DNA of 64,000 bases, taken from the NCBI GenBank assembly GCA_965263355.1, contig CBDHHL010000032.1, forward strand, positions 3,648,001-3,712,000, in the 5' to 3' direction. A program made the position numbers and the translations under genes. This DNA is from Leptolyngbyaceae cyanobacterium. Lineage in GTDB: Bacteria; Cyanobacteriota; Cyanobacteriia; Phormidesmidales; Phormidesmidaceae. The notes beneath the pieces were generated by a model, which saw nothing but the letters and a program-made list of their open reading frames with translations, searched no databases and was not told the DNA's origin. How positions within the stretch are numbered: the first letter of the stretch is position 1; every line of letters begins with the position of its first letter. Below, piece by piece: positions 12,598 to 22,468 of the stretch.

Positions 12598-12645
12598 GAT
12601 TCTGTACCCATAGTTTAGATTCTGTACCCATAGATTTATAGTCCT

Positions 12646-13638
12646 GTGCCTAGAGTTAGTATTTGTATCCCTACCTATAATCGGTCTCAAATTTTGCCCT
12701 ATGCGGTAAACAGCGTTTTGAATCAAACCTATAGCGATTTTGAGCTGATTATCTGTGATGATGCCTCTCCCGATAATACAGCTGAGGTCGTAGCCCAATG
12801 GGACGATCCACGCATTCGCTATATTCGCCATCCGCAAAATATTAAACGAAGCCGCAATATGCGCTCGGGGTATGAGGCTGCCCAGGGCACCTATTTCATC
12901 AAATTTGATGATGATGATGCCCTAACGCCTACATTTTTAGAACGCACGGTTGCTGTCATGGAAAAGCAGCCCAATGTAGATTTTGTTTGTACCGATCACT
13001 GGGTGATTAATGCCCGCAATCAGCGAGATGAAGCGGCCACGGCGGCTAACTCTGCCAAATGGGGCAAAGACCGTTTACCTGAAGCCATAATCGAGGATTT
13101 ACTCAAAGAAACTTTTGTCCACCAAAGTTTGCAGGTGGGATCCACGCTTTTTCGTAAAGCCTGTTTAGGGGCAGTGGACTTTATGCGCTTTGAGGCTGAT
13201 GGCTGTGAAGATTTTGACCTGCTGGTACGGTTGGCGGCGGCGGGCAAAACTGGCTATTTTATCCCTGAAAGGCTGATGGAATATCGATTCCACGGTGGAC
13301 AAACCAGCCTAAAGCAGGATATTCATTTCCTATCCGCTAAGATCTTATGTCTAACCAGTTACCAGTTTGCTGATCGCCCTGAACTAGAGACGGTTCGTCG
13401 TTCTAAGCTGACGGGGTTAAAGCAAGTATTAGCCCTGCGTTTAATTGAGAAAGGCGACGCTCAACAGGGCCGTCAATTGATTCAAGAATTGGCCTCCCTC
13501 GGTCCCTTATCCTCTAAAGCTAAGCTGGGTCAGCTATTGTCATACCTGCCGCTCAGTATTCGTCAGCTGATTTTCCAGGGAGTGCGTCAATTGCGGCCTG
13601 AAGACTACAGTGAGCGAGTGCGTAATGCAGCTGGATAA
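12646..13638 (+). CDS. Glycosyltransferase family 2
   Basis: VSICIPTYNR, DDASPD, FDDDD, EDFDL. Confidence 0.92.
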   Translation: MPRVSICIPTYNRSQILPYAVNSVLNQTYSDFELIICDDASPDNTAEVVAQWDDPRIRYIRHPQNIKRSRNMRSGYEAAQGTYFIKFDDDDALTPTFLERTVAVMEKQPNVDFVCTDHWVINARNQRDEAATAANSAKWGKDRLPEAIIEDLLKETFVHQSLQVGSTLFRKACLGAVDFMRFEADGCEDFDLLVRLAAAGKTGYFIPERLMEYRFHGGQTSLKQDIHFLSAKILCLTSYQFADRPELETVRRSKLTGLKQVLALRLIEKGDAQQGRQLIQELASLGPLSSKAKLGQLLSYLPLSIRQLIFQGVRQLRPEDYSERVRNAAG

Positions 13639-14569
13639 TAAGAAGCCATGGTTAGGGCTAATGCTATCTGTTTGGCTGGGGGTAGCAGGCAGTTTGGCCC
13701 AATGTGCTGTGCCATCAGACTCTGAGCCATTACCTCAGGCAAATATGGCTGTTCAACAACGAAAAGAGTGGCCTCGACCTACCCTGACAATGTACAACTG
13801 GCCGAACAACGATGCGCCCCTAGCTCTGGTTCACGTGGTGACCATTCCCCCCGATTATCCAGTTGAGGTGGCCATTGGTGATCAACTCAAAACGGTAGAA
13901 GAGTTTGCTGCGGATACTGGGGCTGTCGCAGTGCTCAATGGTGGCTTTTTTGACCCCAATAATGGGGAAACGACTTCATTTATTACTATCAATGGCGAGC
14001 TTGTGGCCGACCCTCGCCATAACCGTGGATTAATCGAGAACCCTGATCTAGCGGCTTATATGGATAAAATTCTCAATCGTTCTGAGTTTCGTCGCTATGA
14101 TTGTGGGGGAGCTGTCCGTTACGATATCACGCTCCACAATGCTCCTTTTGCCAATGGCTGTACATTGCATAGTGCTCTGGGGGCAGGGCCACAGTTGCTG
14201 CCAGATACTGCTCAAGCTGAAGGGTTCACTGACTATGCTGACGGTAACCTGACGCGTGATGCCATTGGAAGTCAGCAACGCAATGCTCGTAGTGCCATTG
14301 GTATAAAGCGAGATGGCACGTTGCTTTGGGCTATGGTGGCACAGACGGCGTCAACCAATGGCATGACCTTAGCCGAGCTAACCCAATTTATGGCAACAGT
14401 TTTGGCGGCTGAGAAGGCGTTGAATCTAGATGGTGGTAGCTCATCATCGCTATATGTGACCGAGGCTATCAGCCATAATGGTTTGACTCAAAGCTATTAT
14501 GGACGGCTGGATCAAAACGGCAATACAATACAGCGCCCTGTCAAGTCTGTTTTATTAATGCTGAGATAA
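13625..14569 (+). CDS. Phosphodiester glycosidase (NAGPA-like) family protein
   Basis: NGGFFD, GAGPQL, ARSAIG, ALNLDGGSSS; ATG at 13625 preferred as start. Confidence 0.85.
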   Translation: MQLDNKKPWLGLMLSVWLGVAGSLAQCAVPSDSEPLPQANMAVQQRKEWPRPTLTMYNWPNNDAPLALVHVVTIPPDYPVEVAIGDQLKTVEEFAADTGAVAVLNGGFFDPNNGETTSFITINGELVADPRHNRGLIENPDLAAYMDKILNRSEFRRYDCGGAVRYDITLHNAPFANGCTLHSALGAGPQLLPDTAQAEGFTDYADGNLTRDAIGSQQRNARSAIGIKRDGTLLWAMVAQTASTNGMTLAELTQFMATVLAAEKALNLDGGSSSSLYVTEAISHNGLTQSYYGRLDQNGNTIQRPVKSVLLMLR

Positions 14570-14655
14570 GTAATTGTTACGTCAAGCTCAAAATTTTTTG
14601 AGTAAGACAGAAATGGTGATTGGTAAATGGTGTTGGTGTTTCAACAGTCTGATAT

Positions 14656-15132
14656 CTATGAATCTTTAGAGTGAAGAGTAGCCTGTTGTAAATAGCCGAG
14701 TTGAATCAGCACCCAACAGATGGCCCCGTAGACTGCACCTGCAGTGATGAGAATTTTGTACTCTGGATCGACTGCAATTTGCATGGCTGGTGGTGTCAAA
14801 ATCATTCCTGAAAGGATAGATGTGATTACAGATGTCACCACAAAACTAAAGGAGCCAATCACACGCTTAACGCGTTTAGTCGTAATTTTGGAGGAGTGTT
14901 TAGCTTGGTTGAGCAGTGACTGTACACTTTCCAAACGCACATCGACCCAGGGCCAGAGCCGCATGCCGGTAATAAAGGCAACGGGAAACATCAAGAATCC
15001 AACCAGACCATGCCATTGCGAATAGGGGGCGATCATGGCAGTTAGATGGGTCCCTCCGAAACTACCGCCAAAAAGAAGTAGTGCTGATGTAAAAAAGTTA
15101 ACTGTCGACCTTGGCGTTGGGGACGATGACAT
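14656..15132 (-). CDS. Hypothetical membrane protein (about 4 TM)
   Basis: 158-aa ORF with four hydrophobic stretches. Confidence 0.6.
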   Translation of the reverse strand: MSSSPTPRSTVNFFTSALLLFGGSFGGTHLTAMIAPYSQWHGLVGFLMFPVAFITGMRLWPWVDVRLESVQSLLNQAKHSSKITTKRVKRVIGSFSFVVTSVITSILSGMILTPPAMQIAVDPEYKILITAGAVYGAICWVLIQLGYLQQATLHSKDS

Positions 15133-15238
15133 TGGGGCGGGGTGATTTAGATTTATCTATTACGCTTACAGACAAATCCAGAGGATGTACGGAAAGTCAT
15201 CATGAACTTATGGATAAGTATTCTTTATAAATTTTTAT

Positions 15239-16672
15239 TTAGAATAGACGGGTACTGATGGCTTGAGGCATCGGCAATACAATCAATGCTAAAAGCGCCA
15301 TTGCTAATAAACCCAAGGCATCGCGCATGCCATCAAGTTCGCTGACGTCGTCAAGGGCTGGCTCATCTCGGCTAGGCATAAATATGAGTAGCACTGCCCA
15401 CAGCAGATATGCCTGCTGAATAAATGCCATAGCGGCGACCAAAATCCGAGCAATATTGCCAATTGCGGCTCCCCCCCAGCGACCATACATAGCATGGACA
15501 ATATGGCCTCCATCAAGCTGTCCAACGGGCATTAGATTCAAGGCTGTCAGAACCAGGCCTAGACAACCTGCGATCGCAACCGAATGTAAATAAATGGCAT
15601 GGTCCATCTGTAAATTGGCTCCCAGGGCCAACTTACTCAGCAGTGCCAATAGCATTGAACCTTTGGGGTCTAGGGACTGAAAGTTAAACAGGCTAGATTC
15701 CTCGGTGAGGTTTACGATTTGGGAATGGGCCAAGCCCCAAATCACAATTGGCAAAGTGACTATAAATCCTGCCAGGGGACCCGCTATGCCTAAATCAAAT
15801 AGAGCCCGACGGTGGGGAGCAGGGGCTTTGATGCGGACAAAAGCGCCAACAGTGCCAAGGAAATAGGGAACCGGAATAAAAAATGGAGCCGATGCTGGGA
15901 TGTGATGGCGACGAGCCATGGCGTAGTGGGCTAGCTCTCGAACGGCCAAAATCATCATTACTGCCAGACTATACCCTAGACCTTTGACCACAATGGCTGG
16001 CTGAGAACGCAATTCTACAAACGAGATATCGCCTACTAGAACTAGTCCCGCCAGGGTAGTCGTGCATAAGGTCAAAATAAATAACAAGATTGATAACAAC
16101 CATCCACTACCCTTCGCTGATTGGGGTGCCTCCCGATTGGGTACCAGGGTGAACACCGGATGGCCATTGCGTTCTTCTTGCAGAACAACTAAAAACTGAT
16201 TGCCAAATTGCGATCGCACATTTTTCTGAACGGTACTGTGGGCTACTGCTGGTGTCGCTTTCAGTCGTCCACGACAGATCATCATTTGTTGACGGTGCTC
16301 AATGGTTTGTAGAAAGTAAACAGACCAAGGAAAACATGTTCGCAGTCGCTCTTCCTCTTCCCGTGCCATGAGCATTGGCGGTGGTTCTGGGCGTGGCCGC
16401 GGCGATGATACAGGTATCTTTGCCTGGGGGCGTCGTCCCAACAAGACTACCCACGTGTAGACCAAGGGGCAAACAATAAATAGCCCCAAAATCAAAGGAT
16501 TAGGTGGCGTATCGCGACCATACTTGAGAACCCATGCGGTGAGGGAAAAGATAGGCGTCATCACAATCAGCCACAATAACCAGACCGGTGAACGTGTCAT
16601 CGTTGCCACTCCACGATGAATCACCCAGTAGGTCAAAATTCCCAGTAATATCGATAACAATACAAATGTCAT
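15239..16672 (-). CDS. Site-2 protease (peptidase M50) family protein
   Basis: IAGPLAG and LNLMPVGQLDGGHI motifs, many TM segments; HExxH site reads RELAH. Confidence 0.9.
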   Translation of the reverse strand: MTFVLLSILLGILTYWVIHRGVATMTRSPVWLLWLIVMTPIFSLTAWVLKYGRDTPPNPLILGLFIVCPLVYTWVVLLGRRPQAKIPVSSPRPRPEPPPMLMAREEEERLRTCFPWSVYFLQTIEHRQQMMICRGRLKATPAVAHSTVQKNVRSQFGNQFLVVLQEERNGHPVFTLVPNREAPQSAKGSGWLLSILLFILTLCTTTLAGLVLVGDISFVELRSQPAIVVKGLGYSLAVMMILAVRELAHYAMARRHHIPASAPFFIPVPYFLGTVGAFVRIKAPAPHRRALFDLGIAGPLAGFIVTLPIVIWGLAHSQIVNLTEESSLFNFQSLDPKGSMLLALLSKLALGANLQMDHAIYLHSVAIAGCLGLVLTALNLMPVGQLDGGHIVHAMYGRWGGAAIGNIARILVAAMAFIQQAYLLWAVLLIFMPSRDEPALDDVSELDGMRDALGLLAMALLALIVLPMPQAISTRLF

Positions 16673-16693
16673 AAACCCACGGCAAAGCCTTTT

Positions 16694-17458
16694 TTGGAGA
16701 TCTTGGTGTCTATTTCAGAAACAAATCTGGGCAATAGCCCTACAACTAGTGAAACAGCTCGATCGACCGCAAAGCTTCCCCAGTCGGTATTTGGCAGTGA
16801 CGCTGTTGCCTATGCGTTCCCCCCCAATCGTGAGACACTTGGGGGTACAGCTTACTTAGTAATGCATACGTCTGCATCAGACAGCAATTCTGTTGCAAGA
16901 AAAAACATTCTAGTCGACTGTCCTGCCTGGACTGAGACCAATGTAGACTTTATTGCCCAGCAGGGAGGACTCCAATGGCTGGTGATTACCCACCGGGGTG
17001 GCAGCAGTCATGTCCGTGACTGGCAAGCTCACTTTGAGTGTGATGTTGTGCTTCAAGAGCAAGAGGCCTATTTATTGCCCCAGGTCAATACTCAAACATT
17101 CCATCGCGACTTAAGGTTGACTCCTGAGCATTGGCTTCTGTGGACCTCTGGTCATTCACCCGGCTCAGCCTGTCTTTACAGCTCAGCCCAAGGCGGCATC
17201 CTATTCAGTGGGCGTCACATTTTGCCTACCCGTCAGGGTGGAGCTGCTCCCTTGCGTGTTTCCAAAACGTTTCATTGGCCACGCCAGCTGCGATCTATCA
17301 AACAGCTGATAGATGAATTTACGCCTCAAACCCTGAGCTATATTTGCCCAGGGGCCAATACTGGGTTTCTGAGGGGGCAGCGATTTATTAGTGGGGCCTA
17401 TGGCCAGTTGGCTGCCTTAGATTTTCAGGAATTGGCGAGGCAGCAAGTTTTACTTTAG
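16694..17458 (+). CDS. Metallo-beta-lactamase-fold protein
   Basis: AFPPNRETLGGTAY, ILVDCP, ITHRGG, GHSPGS, LFSG; start codon uncertain. Confidence 0.85.
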   Translation: MEILVSISETNLGNSPTTSETARSTAKLPQSVFGSDAVAYAFPPNRETLGGTAYLVMHTSASDSNSVARKNILVDCPAWTETNVDFIAQQGGLQWLVITHRGGSSHVRDWQAHFECDVVLQEQEAYLLPQVNTQTFHRDLRLTPEHWLLWTSGHSPGSACLYSSAQGGILFSGRHILPTRQGGAAPLRVSKTFHWPRQLRSIKQLIDEFTPQTLSYICPGANTGFLRGQRFISGAYGQLAALDFQELARQQVLL

Positions 17459-18723
17459 GAAGTTTTTATTGCTAAGTGCTGCTCCAATATTTCATCCACG
17501 GGTAGATTTGCTGGATGCATAAGCCAAGTACGGTGGCAGGGTTGAATCAGCGTTTGCACCAGGGGAGATAATTGGCTTATGGCGACTAATCCTGCATGGG
17601 TTTTGAGCTTAATACCACGCTGGTAAAGGGTATAGCCGCGATTGCGTATATGGCGCAGACTGACATAGATTTCTGGGTTGGGCACAATGCCATAGGCTCG
17701 GCATCGTGCGGCTGATAGGATGTCGGTCTGTTGTGAATAAGTATATTGACTGATTTCTGTTGCCTTTGGCAGTCGACGATTGACAAACCGTTGGCATAGG
17801 TCAGCTAAGATCGAATCCCTGTGAGTTTGCCAACGCTGCAAGTGATAGTGCAAAACGTAATCATCCTGAGCTAAATAGTCTGCCAAAGAGAGTTGATCAA
17901 TCTCGTGGCTTAACCAAGCAGTCATGGTATTGTCTGCCTCTAAAGCCTTGTCAGCCATGAGCTTACGTGCTCTACGCATAGCTTGCTCTAAAACCCACGT
18001 AGCCACTAAGTTCTTGGGGTGGTTATAGATTTGGGCATACATAAAATAGCGCACCACAAGATAGTGTTCGATTGAGCCTAATCCTTTTCTGGCAACAATT
18101 AATTGCTGGCTGGTTGGATCATAGTCCAGGGCTAGGATAATTCGATCAAGATCGAGTTGGCCATAGGAAGCCCCGGTGAAATAGCTGTCCCGCATGAGGT
18201 AATCGATGCGATCGCAATCCAACTGACTCGATACCAATTGCCACACACAGGGCACAGGATGCTGATGCTGATAAATTTGCTGAATCTCAAGTTGTAGATT
18301 TAACGAAAATGCATCCAACCGTTGCCGTATTTCAGGAGATTCCTTCAGGATGCGTATGGTCCAATGCTCATGATGTCCACCAAATACTTCTTCAGCAGTA
18401 TGGCTAAAGGGACCATGGCCCACATCATGGAGTAGCGCCGCACATAGGACTGCCGCACGATAAGTACCTAATTCTGGATAAATTGCAGCGAGTCGGTCAA
18501 ATGCTCGTCGCGCAATAGCCATCACTCCTAAAGAATGGGTAAAGCGTGAACTTTCTGCACCATGAAACGTTAGGCTTGCTGGCCCTAACTGTCGAATTCG
18601 TCGCAGTCGCTGAAACGGAACTGTATCAATCAGCTCAATCAGTAGTGCCTCTACCGGGTCAGCCCGATCTAGAGTAATAGCACCGTGAAGCGGATCGTGA
18701 TAAGTACGAGTTTTGGGCGACAC
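17455..18723 (-). CDS. HD-domain phosphohydrolase
   Basis: FQRLRRIRQLG, SRFTHSLG, LLHDVGHGPFSH, LDCDRIDYLMRD. Confidence 0.92.
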   Translation of the reverse strand: MSPKTRTYHDPLHGAITLDRADPVEALLIELIDTVPFQRLRRIRQLGPASLTFHGAESSRFTHSLGVMAIARRAFDRLAAIYPELGTYRAAVLCAALLHDVGHGPFSHTAEEVFGGHHEHWTIRILKESPEIRQRLDAFSLNLQLEIQQIYQHQHPVPCVWQLVSSQLDCDRIDYLMRDSYFTGASYGQLDLDRIILALDYDPTSQQLIVARKGLGSIEHYLVVRYFMYAQIYNHPKNLVATWVLEQAMRRARKLMADKALEADNTMTAWLSHEIDQLSLADYLAQDDYVLHYHLQRWQTHRDSILADLCQRFVNRRLPKATEISQYTYSQQTDILSAARCRAYGIVPNPEIYVSLRHIRNRGYTLYQRGIKLKTHAGLVAISQLSPLVQTLIQPCHRTWLMHPANLPVDEILEQHLAIKTS

Positions 18724-18742
18724 GATTATGGCATGGAGGATA

Positions 18743-20014
18743 TTAAGTCGTAGAGGTGATTAGAGATTGCATGAGCGTTTCAACAGCTGCCCGATACTGT
18801 GCATCTTCACTAGTTGCAAACTGAGCACGGGTCAACGGTTCGGTCGTCACTGTCAGATCAGGCGTAATGCCTAACTTATGGATATCGTGATGGTTAGGGG
18901 TTTCATATTTAGCAACCGTCACCGCTAGGCCAGACCCATGGTTCAAATCAAATAATGACTGAATTAATCCTTTACCAAAAGTAGTTTCTCCCACCAATTG
19001 GGCGCGATGATTATCTTGAAGCGCGCCTGCTAAAATTTCACTCGCGCTAGCAGTTCCTCCATTAACGACCAAAACCAATGGCTTCTGAGTTAACGCATCA
19101 GCTCCAGCTTCAAAACTTTCTAATATGCCTTGGCGATTGACCGTATAAACAATAGTGCCCTCATTCAGCCACAGCCTAGCGATTTCAATCCCCGCTTGCA
19201 ACAGTCCGCCTGGATTATTGCGTAAATCCAGAATGTAACCCATGGCCCCTTGGTGCTCCAATTGCGTTATGGCTGCGCTAAGATCTTCAACGGCATTACC
19301 GTTAAATTGTCCTAATCGCAGGTACCCAAGCTTACTGTCATGCTCAGAACGTAATTCTGAGAATACGGGATTTAGGTTAATACGTTCACGGGTTAGATTG
19401 ACCTCAAAGGGTACAGTTTCTGCACGTTCAACACCAAGGGTAACAATCGTACCCGCTGGGCCACGCATCCGAGCCGCAGCTTCATCCAATGAAAAGGCTT
19501 CGGTTGATACCCCATTAATTGAGACAATCTTGTCCTTGGGGGATAATCCTGCTCGGTCTGCCGGGGATCCAACGATCGGTGCAATCACTCGCAAGTGCTG
19601 ATTTTCATCATCCTTAGCAATTTGTAACCCTACTCCTAACAGTTCTCCAGAGGTATTGGTTTGCAAGCTTTGATATTGCTCGGGAGGTAAAAAGCGTGTG
19701 TAAGGGTCATCCAGATTTTCTAGCATTGTCTGGGCTTCCTTGTAAGCATCGTCCCAAGTATTGAGTTGATGTTTTAAGGCTTTGTTGCGGATGAACCACC
19801 AATTGTGATGATTAAAGGTTTCGTCTAAATAGGCTCGATTAACAATTCGCCAAACTTCCATTACCAGCTTCTGTTGCTCTGTAAAAGCCAGTGCAGGTGT
19901 ATGGCCAAACCCCAAATTTATAATCGTTGCGATACATACTGCACAGACACTTCTCAAAAGAACTACGCGTAGCAGCCCAATTTTTCTCATTCTTCGCCAT
20001 AGCTCAAACAACAC
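18743..20014 (-). CDS. ctpA: D1 C-terminal processing protease (S41)
   Basis: LDDPYTRFL, PDZ region, LDLRNNPGG, TASASEI, FGKGLIQ; divergent from petB as usual in cyanobacteria; start uncertain. Confidence 0.92.
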   Translation of the reverse strand: MLFELWRRMRKIGLLRVVLLRSVCAVCIATIINLGFGHTPALAFTEQQKLVMEVWRIVNRAYLDETFNHHNWWFIRNKALKHQLNTWDDAYKEAQTMLENLDDPYTRFLPPEQYQSLQTNTSGELLGVGLQIAKDDENQHLRVIAPIVGSPADRAGLSPKDKIVSINGVSTEAFSLDEAAARMRGPAGTIVTLGVERAETVPFEVNLTRERINLNPVFSELRSEHDSKLGYLRLGQFNGNAVEDLSAAITQLEHQGAMGYILDLRNNPGGLLQAGIEIARLWLNEGTIVYTVNRQGILESFEAGADALTQKPLVLVVNGGTASASEILAGALQDNHRAQLVGETTFGKGLIQSLFDLNHGSGLAVTVAKYETPNHHDIHKLGITPDLTVTTEPLTRAQFATSEDAQYRAAVETLMQSLITSTT

Positions 20015-20157
20015 TGTTGCTTAACCGAAAATAAAATTTCGTCGTTAAGCGGACACCTTTAACCGTTCCTTTTAGCCAGGATAGCGGCTTCCTCAGAATA
20101 CTGTGATCCTCCACATATATATGACTGGAATTCACAAAGACCTTAGTCTATTGATAC

Positions 20158-20175
20158 AAAGTAAAGCTTTGTAAA
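20158..20175 (-). promoter_or_regulatory. HLR1 (RpaB) site candidate between ctpA and petB
   Basis: Minus strand TTTACAAA-GC-TTTACTTT fits the (G/T)TTACA(T/A)(T/A)-N2 direct repeat. Confidence 0.6.
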
Positions 20176-20376
20176 TAATTCTCAGCAATAACTTAACTAC
20201 TTTTATGGTGGCCTCAATGCCGGACGTTTCTTTCTGAATGTCTTGTTCTGAGCCAATTATGTGGCTCATTTTTTGGCGATAACACAGTTTGAAAGTTGCA
20301 AGATGAGCGGTTTCTCAAGGACGGTTGTGTTACATTTTTTAGTAACGGCATAGATCTATTTTTATATCCGCGCTTC

Positions 20377-21045
20377 ATGTTTACTAAGCAAGTCACCGAC
20401 TCTAAGGCCTATCAGTGGTTTAATGAGCGTCTTGAGATTCAGGCTCTCGCTGATGATATCTCCAGTAAGTATGTACCGCCCCATGTCAATATCTTCTATT
20501 GCCTTGGTGGTATTACTCTAGTTTGCTTCATTATCCAGTTTGCTACTGGATTCGCTATGACCTTCTATTACAAGCCAACTGTGGTAGAGGCGTTCAACTC
20601 AGTGCAGTATTTAATGACTGATGTCAGCTTTGGTTGGCTAATCCGGTCCATTCATCGTTGGTCTGCCAGCATGATGGTCCTGATGATGATTCTCCACGTT
20701 TTTCGGGTTTATCTTACAGGCGGCTTTAAAAACCCCCGTGAATTGACTTGGGTGACAGGTGTCATCATGGCTACTGTTACTGTCTCCTTTGGAGTGACAG
20801 GTTATTCATTACCTTGGGACCAAGTGGGTTATTGGGCTGTGAAAATTGTGTCTGGTGTACCTAGTGCTATTCCTGTTGTGGGCGGTTTGATGGTTGAGTT
20901 TATTCGCGGCGGCGAAAGTGTTGGCCAAGCTACACTAACTCGCTTCTACAGTCTGCACACGTTTGTGCTGCCTTGGCTGATGGCCGTGTTTATGTTGACT
21001 CATTTCTTGATGATTCGTAAGCAGGGTATTTCTGGTCCTTTGTAA
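20377..21045 (+). CDS. petB: Cytochrome b6
   Basis: [38 protein letters not shown]; 222 aa from ATG 20377. Confidence 0.99.
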   Translation: MFTKQVTDSKAYQWFNERLEIQALADDISSKYVPPHVNIFYCLGGITLVCFIIQFATGFAMTFYYKPTVVEAFNSVQYLMTDVSFGWLIRSIHRWSASMMVLMMILHVFRVYLTGGFKNPRELTWVTGVIMATVTVSFGVTGYSLPWDQVGYWAVKIVSGVPSAIPVVGGLMVEFIRGGESVGQATLTRFYSLHTFVLPWLMAVFMLTHFLMIRKQGISGPL

Positions 21046-21207
21046 GTGTGAGAAGCAGCTTAACCTTTGGCTAAGGTTTTTTGCTTTTGTCTATGGCCGA
21101 ATGTTTTAGATAATTGCCAAATGTAGCCTCAAGTTTAGTTCGAGGTTAAGCTGTTTTAACCAGATCGCAAATTCTGTTTAAAGGTAAATTAGGAGACAAT
21201 TTGAGCT

Positions 21208-21690
21208 ATGGCAACGATTAAGAAGCCTGACCTCAGTGATCCTCAACTTAGAGAGAAGCTGAAGCAAGGTATGGGCCACAATTACTATGGTGAGCCTGCA
21301 TGGCCTAACGACTTGCTGTACATATTTCCTGTGGTAATTCTGGGTAGTATCGCTTGTTGTGTGGCTTTGGCTGTTTTGGATCCTGCACTTGTGGGTGAGC
21401 CTGCTAATCCATTTGCTACACCCTTGGAAATTTTACCTGAATGGTATTTGTATCCAGCATTTCAAATCCTTCGGGTTGTTCCCAATAAGCTGTTGGGTAT
21501 TGCTTTGCAGACGGCTATTCCTCTTGGTTTGATGCTGATTCCCTTTATTGAAAGTGTGAACAAGTTTCAGAACCCTTTTCGTCGTCCAGTTGCGACAGCC
21601 GTTTTCTTGTTTGGTACCTTGGTGACTCTTTGGTTGGGTATTGGTGCGGCTCTACCTATTGATAAGTCTTTAACACTGGGTCTTTTCTAG
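21208..21690 (+). CDS. petD: Cytochrome b6f subunit IV
   Basis: [18 protein letters not shown] motif, 160 aa. Confidence 0.99.
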   Translation: MATIKKPDLSDPQLREKLKQGMGHNYYGEPAWPNDLLYIFPVVILGSIACCVALAVLDPALVGEPANPFATPLEILPEWYLYPAFQILRVVPNKLLGIALQTAIPLGLMLIPFIESVNKFQNPFRRPVATAVFLFGTLVTLWLGIGAALPIDKSLTLGLF

Positions 21691-21724
21691 ATATTGATTG
21701 GCTCATTGTAGGTTGCTTAACATT

Positions 21725-21773
21725 AGCTTCTTGATTTTTCGCTTTATGTCTGCGAATTTTCAAGAAGCTTTTT
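21725..21773 (+). terminator. Intrinsic terminator after petD
   Basis: AGCTTCTTGA...TCAAGAAGCT followed by a T run. Confidence 0.65.
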
Positions 21774-21878
21774 AATGTGTCAAGATACGGCAAAGACTGC
21801 AATTATACTGGTCTTATCTATAGATTTCTCAGTTGATTTCGGGCAAACTATTGGTGCGAACGTGCCGGTTAATCGGAC

Positions 21879-22295
21879 ATGTTGAAGCAAGATCAATTGA
21901 TAGTTCAAAGTAAATTAGAAGACTTAACTCAAGTACAGCAGTGGTTTGATCGTTTTTGTGCGGCATCCCAACTACCATGGCTTGAGGCTGTTTTCGATCA
22001 AGTAAATTTAGCTTTAGCAGAAGGGTTTACTAACGCCGTTAGGCATGCCCATAAGCACTTGCCAGCAGATACCCCCATTAAAATAGATTTGTTTCTCTGG
22101 GAAGAAAAGTTAGAAGTGCGAGTGTGGGACATGGGAGAACCCTTTGACCCTGATCAGCTGCCTGAGCCCAAGCCTGGCACGCTTAAAGTCGGTGGCTATG
22201 GTTGGTTCCTAATGCGACGGTTGGCCGAGGTAAATTACGAACGCCATGATTTGGGGCGAAACTGTCTGCGTATAGTGAAATCTTCTACTGCTTAG
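21879..22295 (+). CDS. Anti-sigma factor / RsbW-like ATP-binding protein
   Basis: LALAEGFTNAVRHA, VWDMGEPFD, GGYGWFLM. Confidence 0.9.
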   Translation: MLKQDQLIVQSKLEDLTQVQQWFDRFCAASQLPWLEAVFDQVNLALAEGFTNAVRHAHKHLPADTPIKIDLFLWEEKLEVRVWDMGEPFDPDQLPEPKPGTLKVGGYGWFLMRRLAEVNYERHDLGRNCLRIVKSSTA

Positions 22296-22307
22296 CGGCG
22301 TTTACTT

Positions 22308-22377
22308 ACAACTATGTCAAAGTTTAAGCTGTAGATTCTTTCCTGAAAAAACGGGCGTTCAACGTGTATATGGTTGA
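22308..22377 (+). repeat. Family A element, degenerate
   Basis: AACTATGTCAAAGTTTAAGCTGTAGATTCTTTCCTGAAAAAACG...GTGTATATGGTTGA. Confidence 0.65.
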
Positions 22378-22468
22378 GCTATTCAGTTAGTTCTGTGAAC
22401 AGTGTTTGAGAATACTTAAAGACTAATCAAGTTGGGTTGGGTTGATTATTGAATAATGGGTAGCCTAA

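Noticed and set aside
20296..20376. N-terminal extension of PetB in the ORF track
   Set aside because: Upstream TTG artefact; the conserved start MFTKQ is at 20377.
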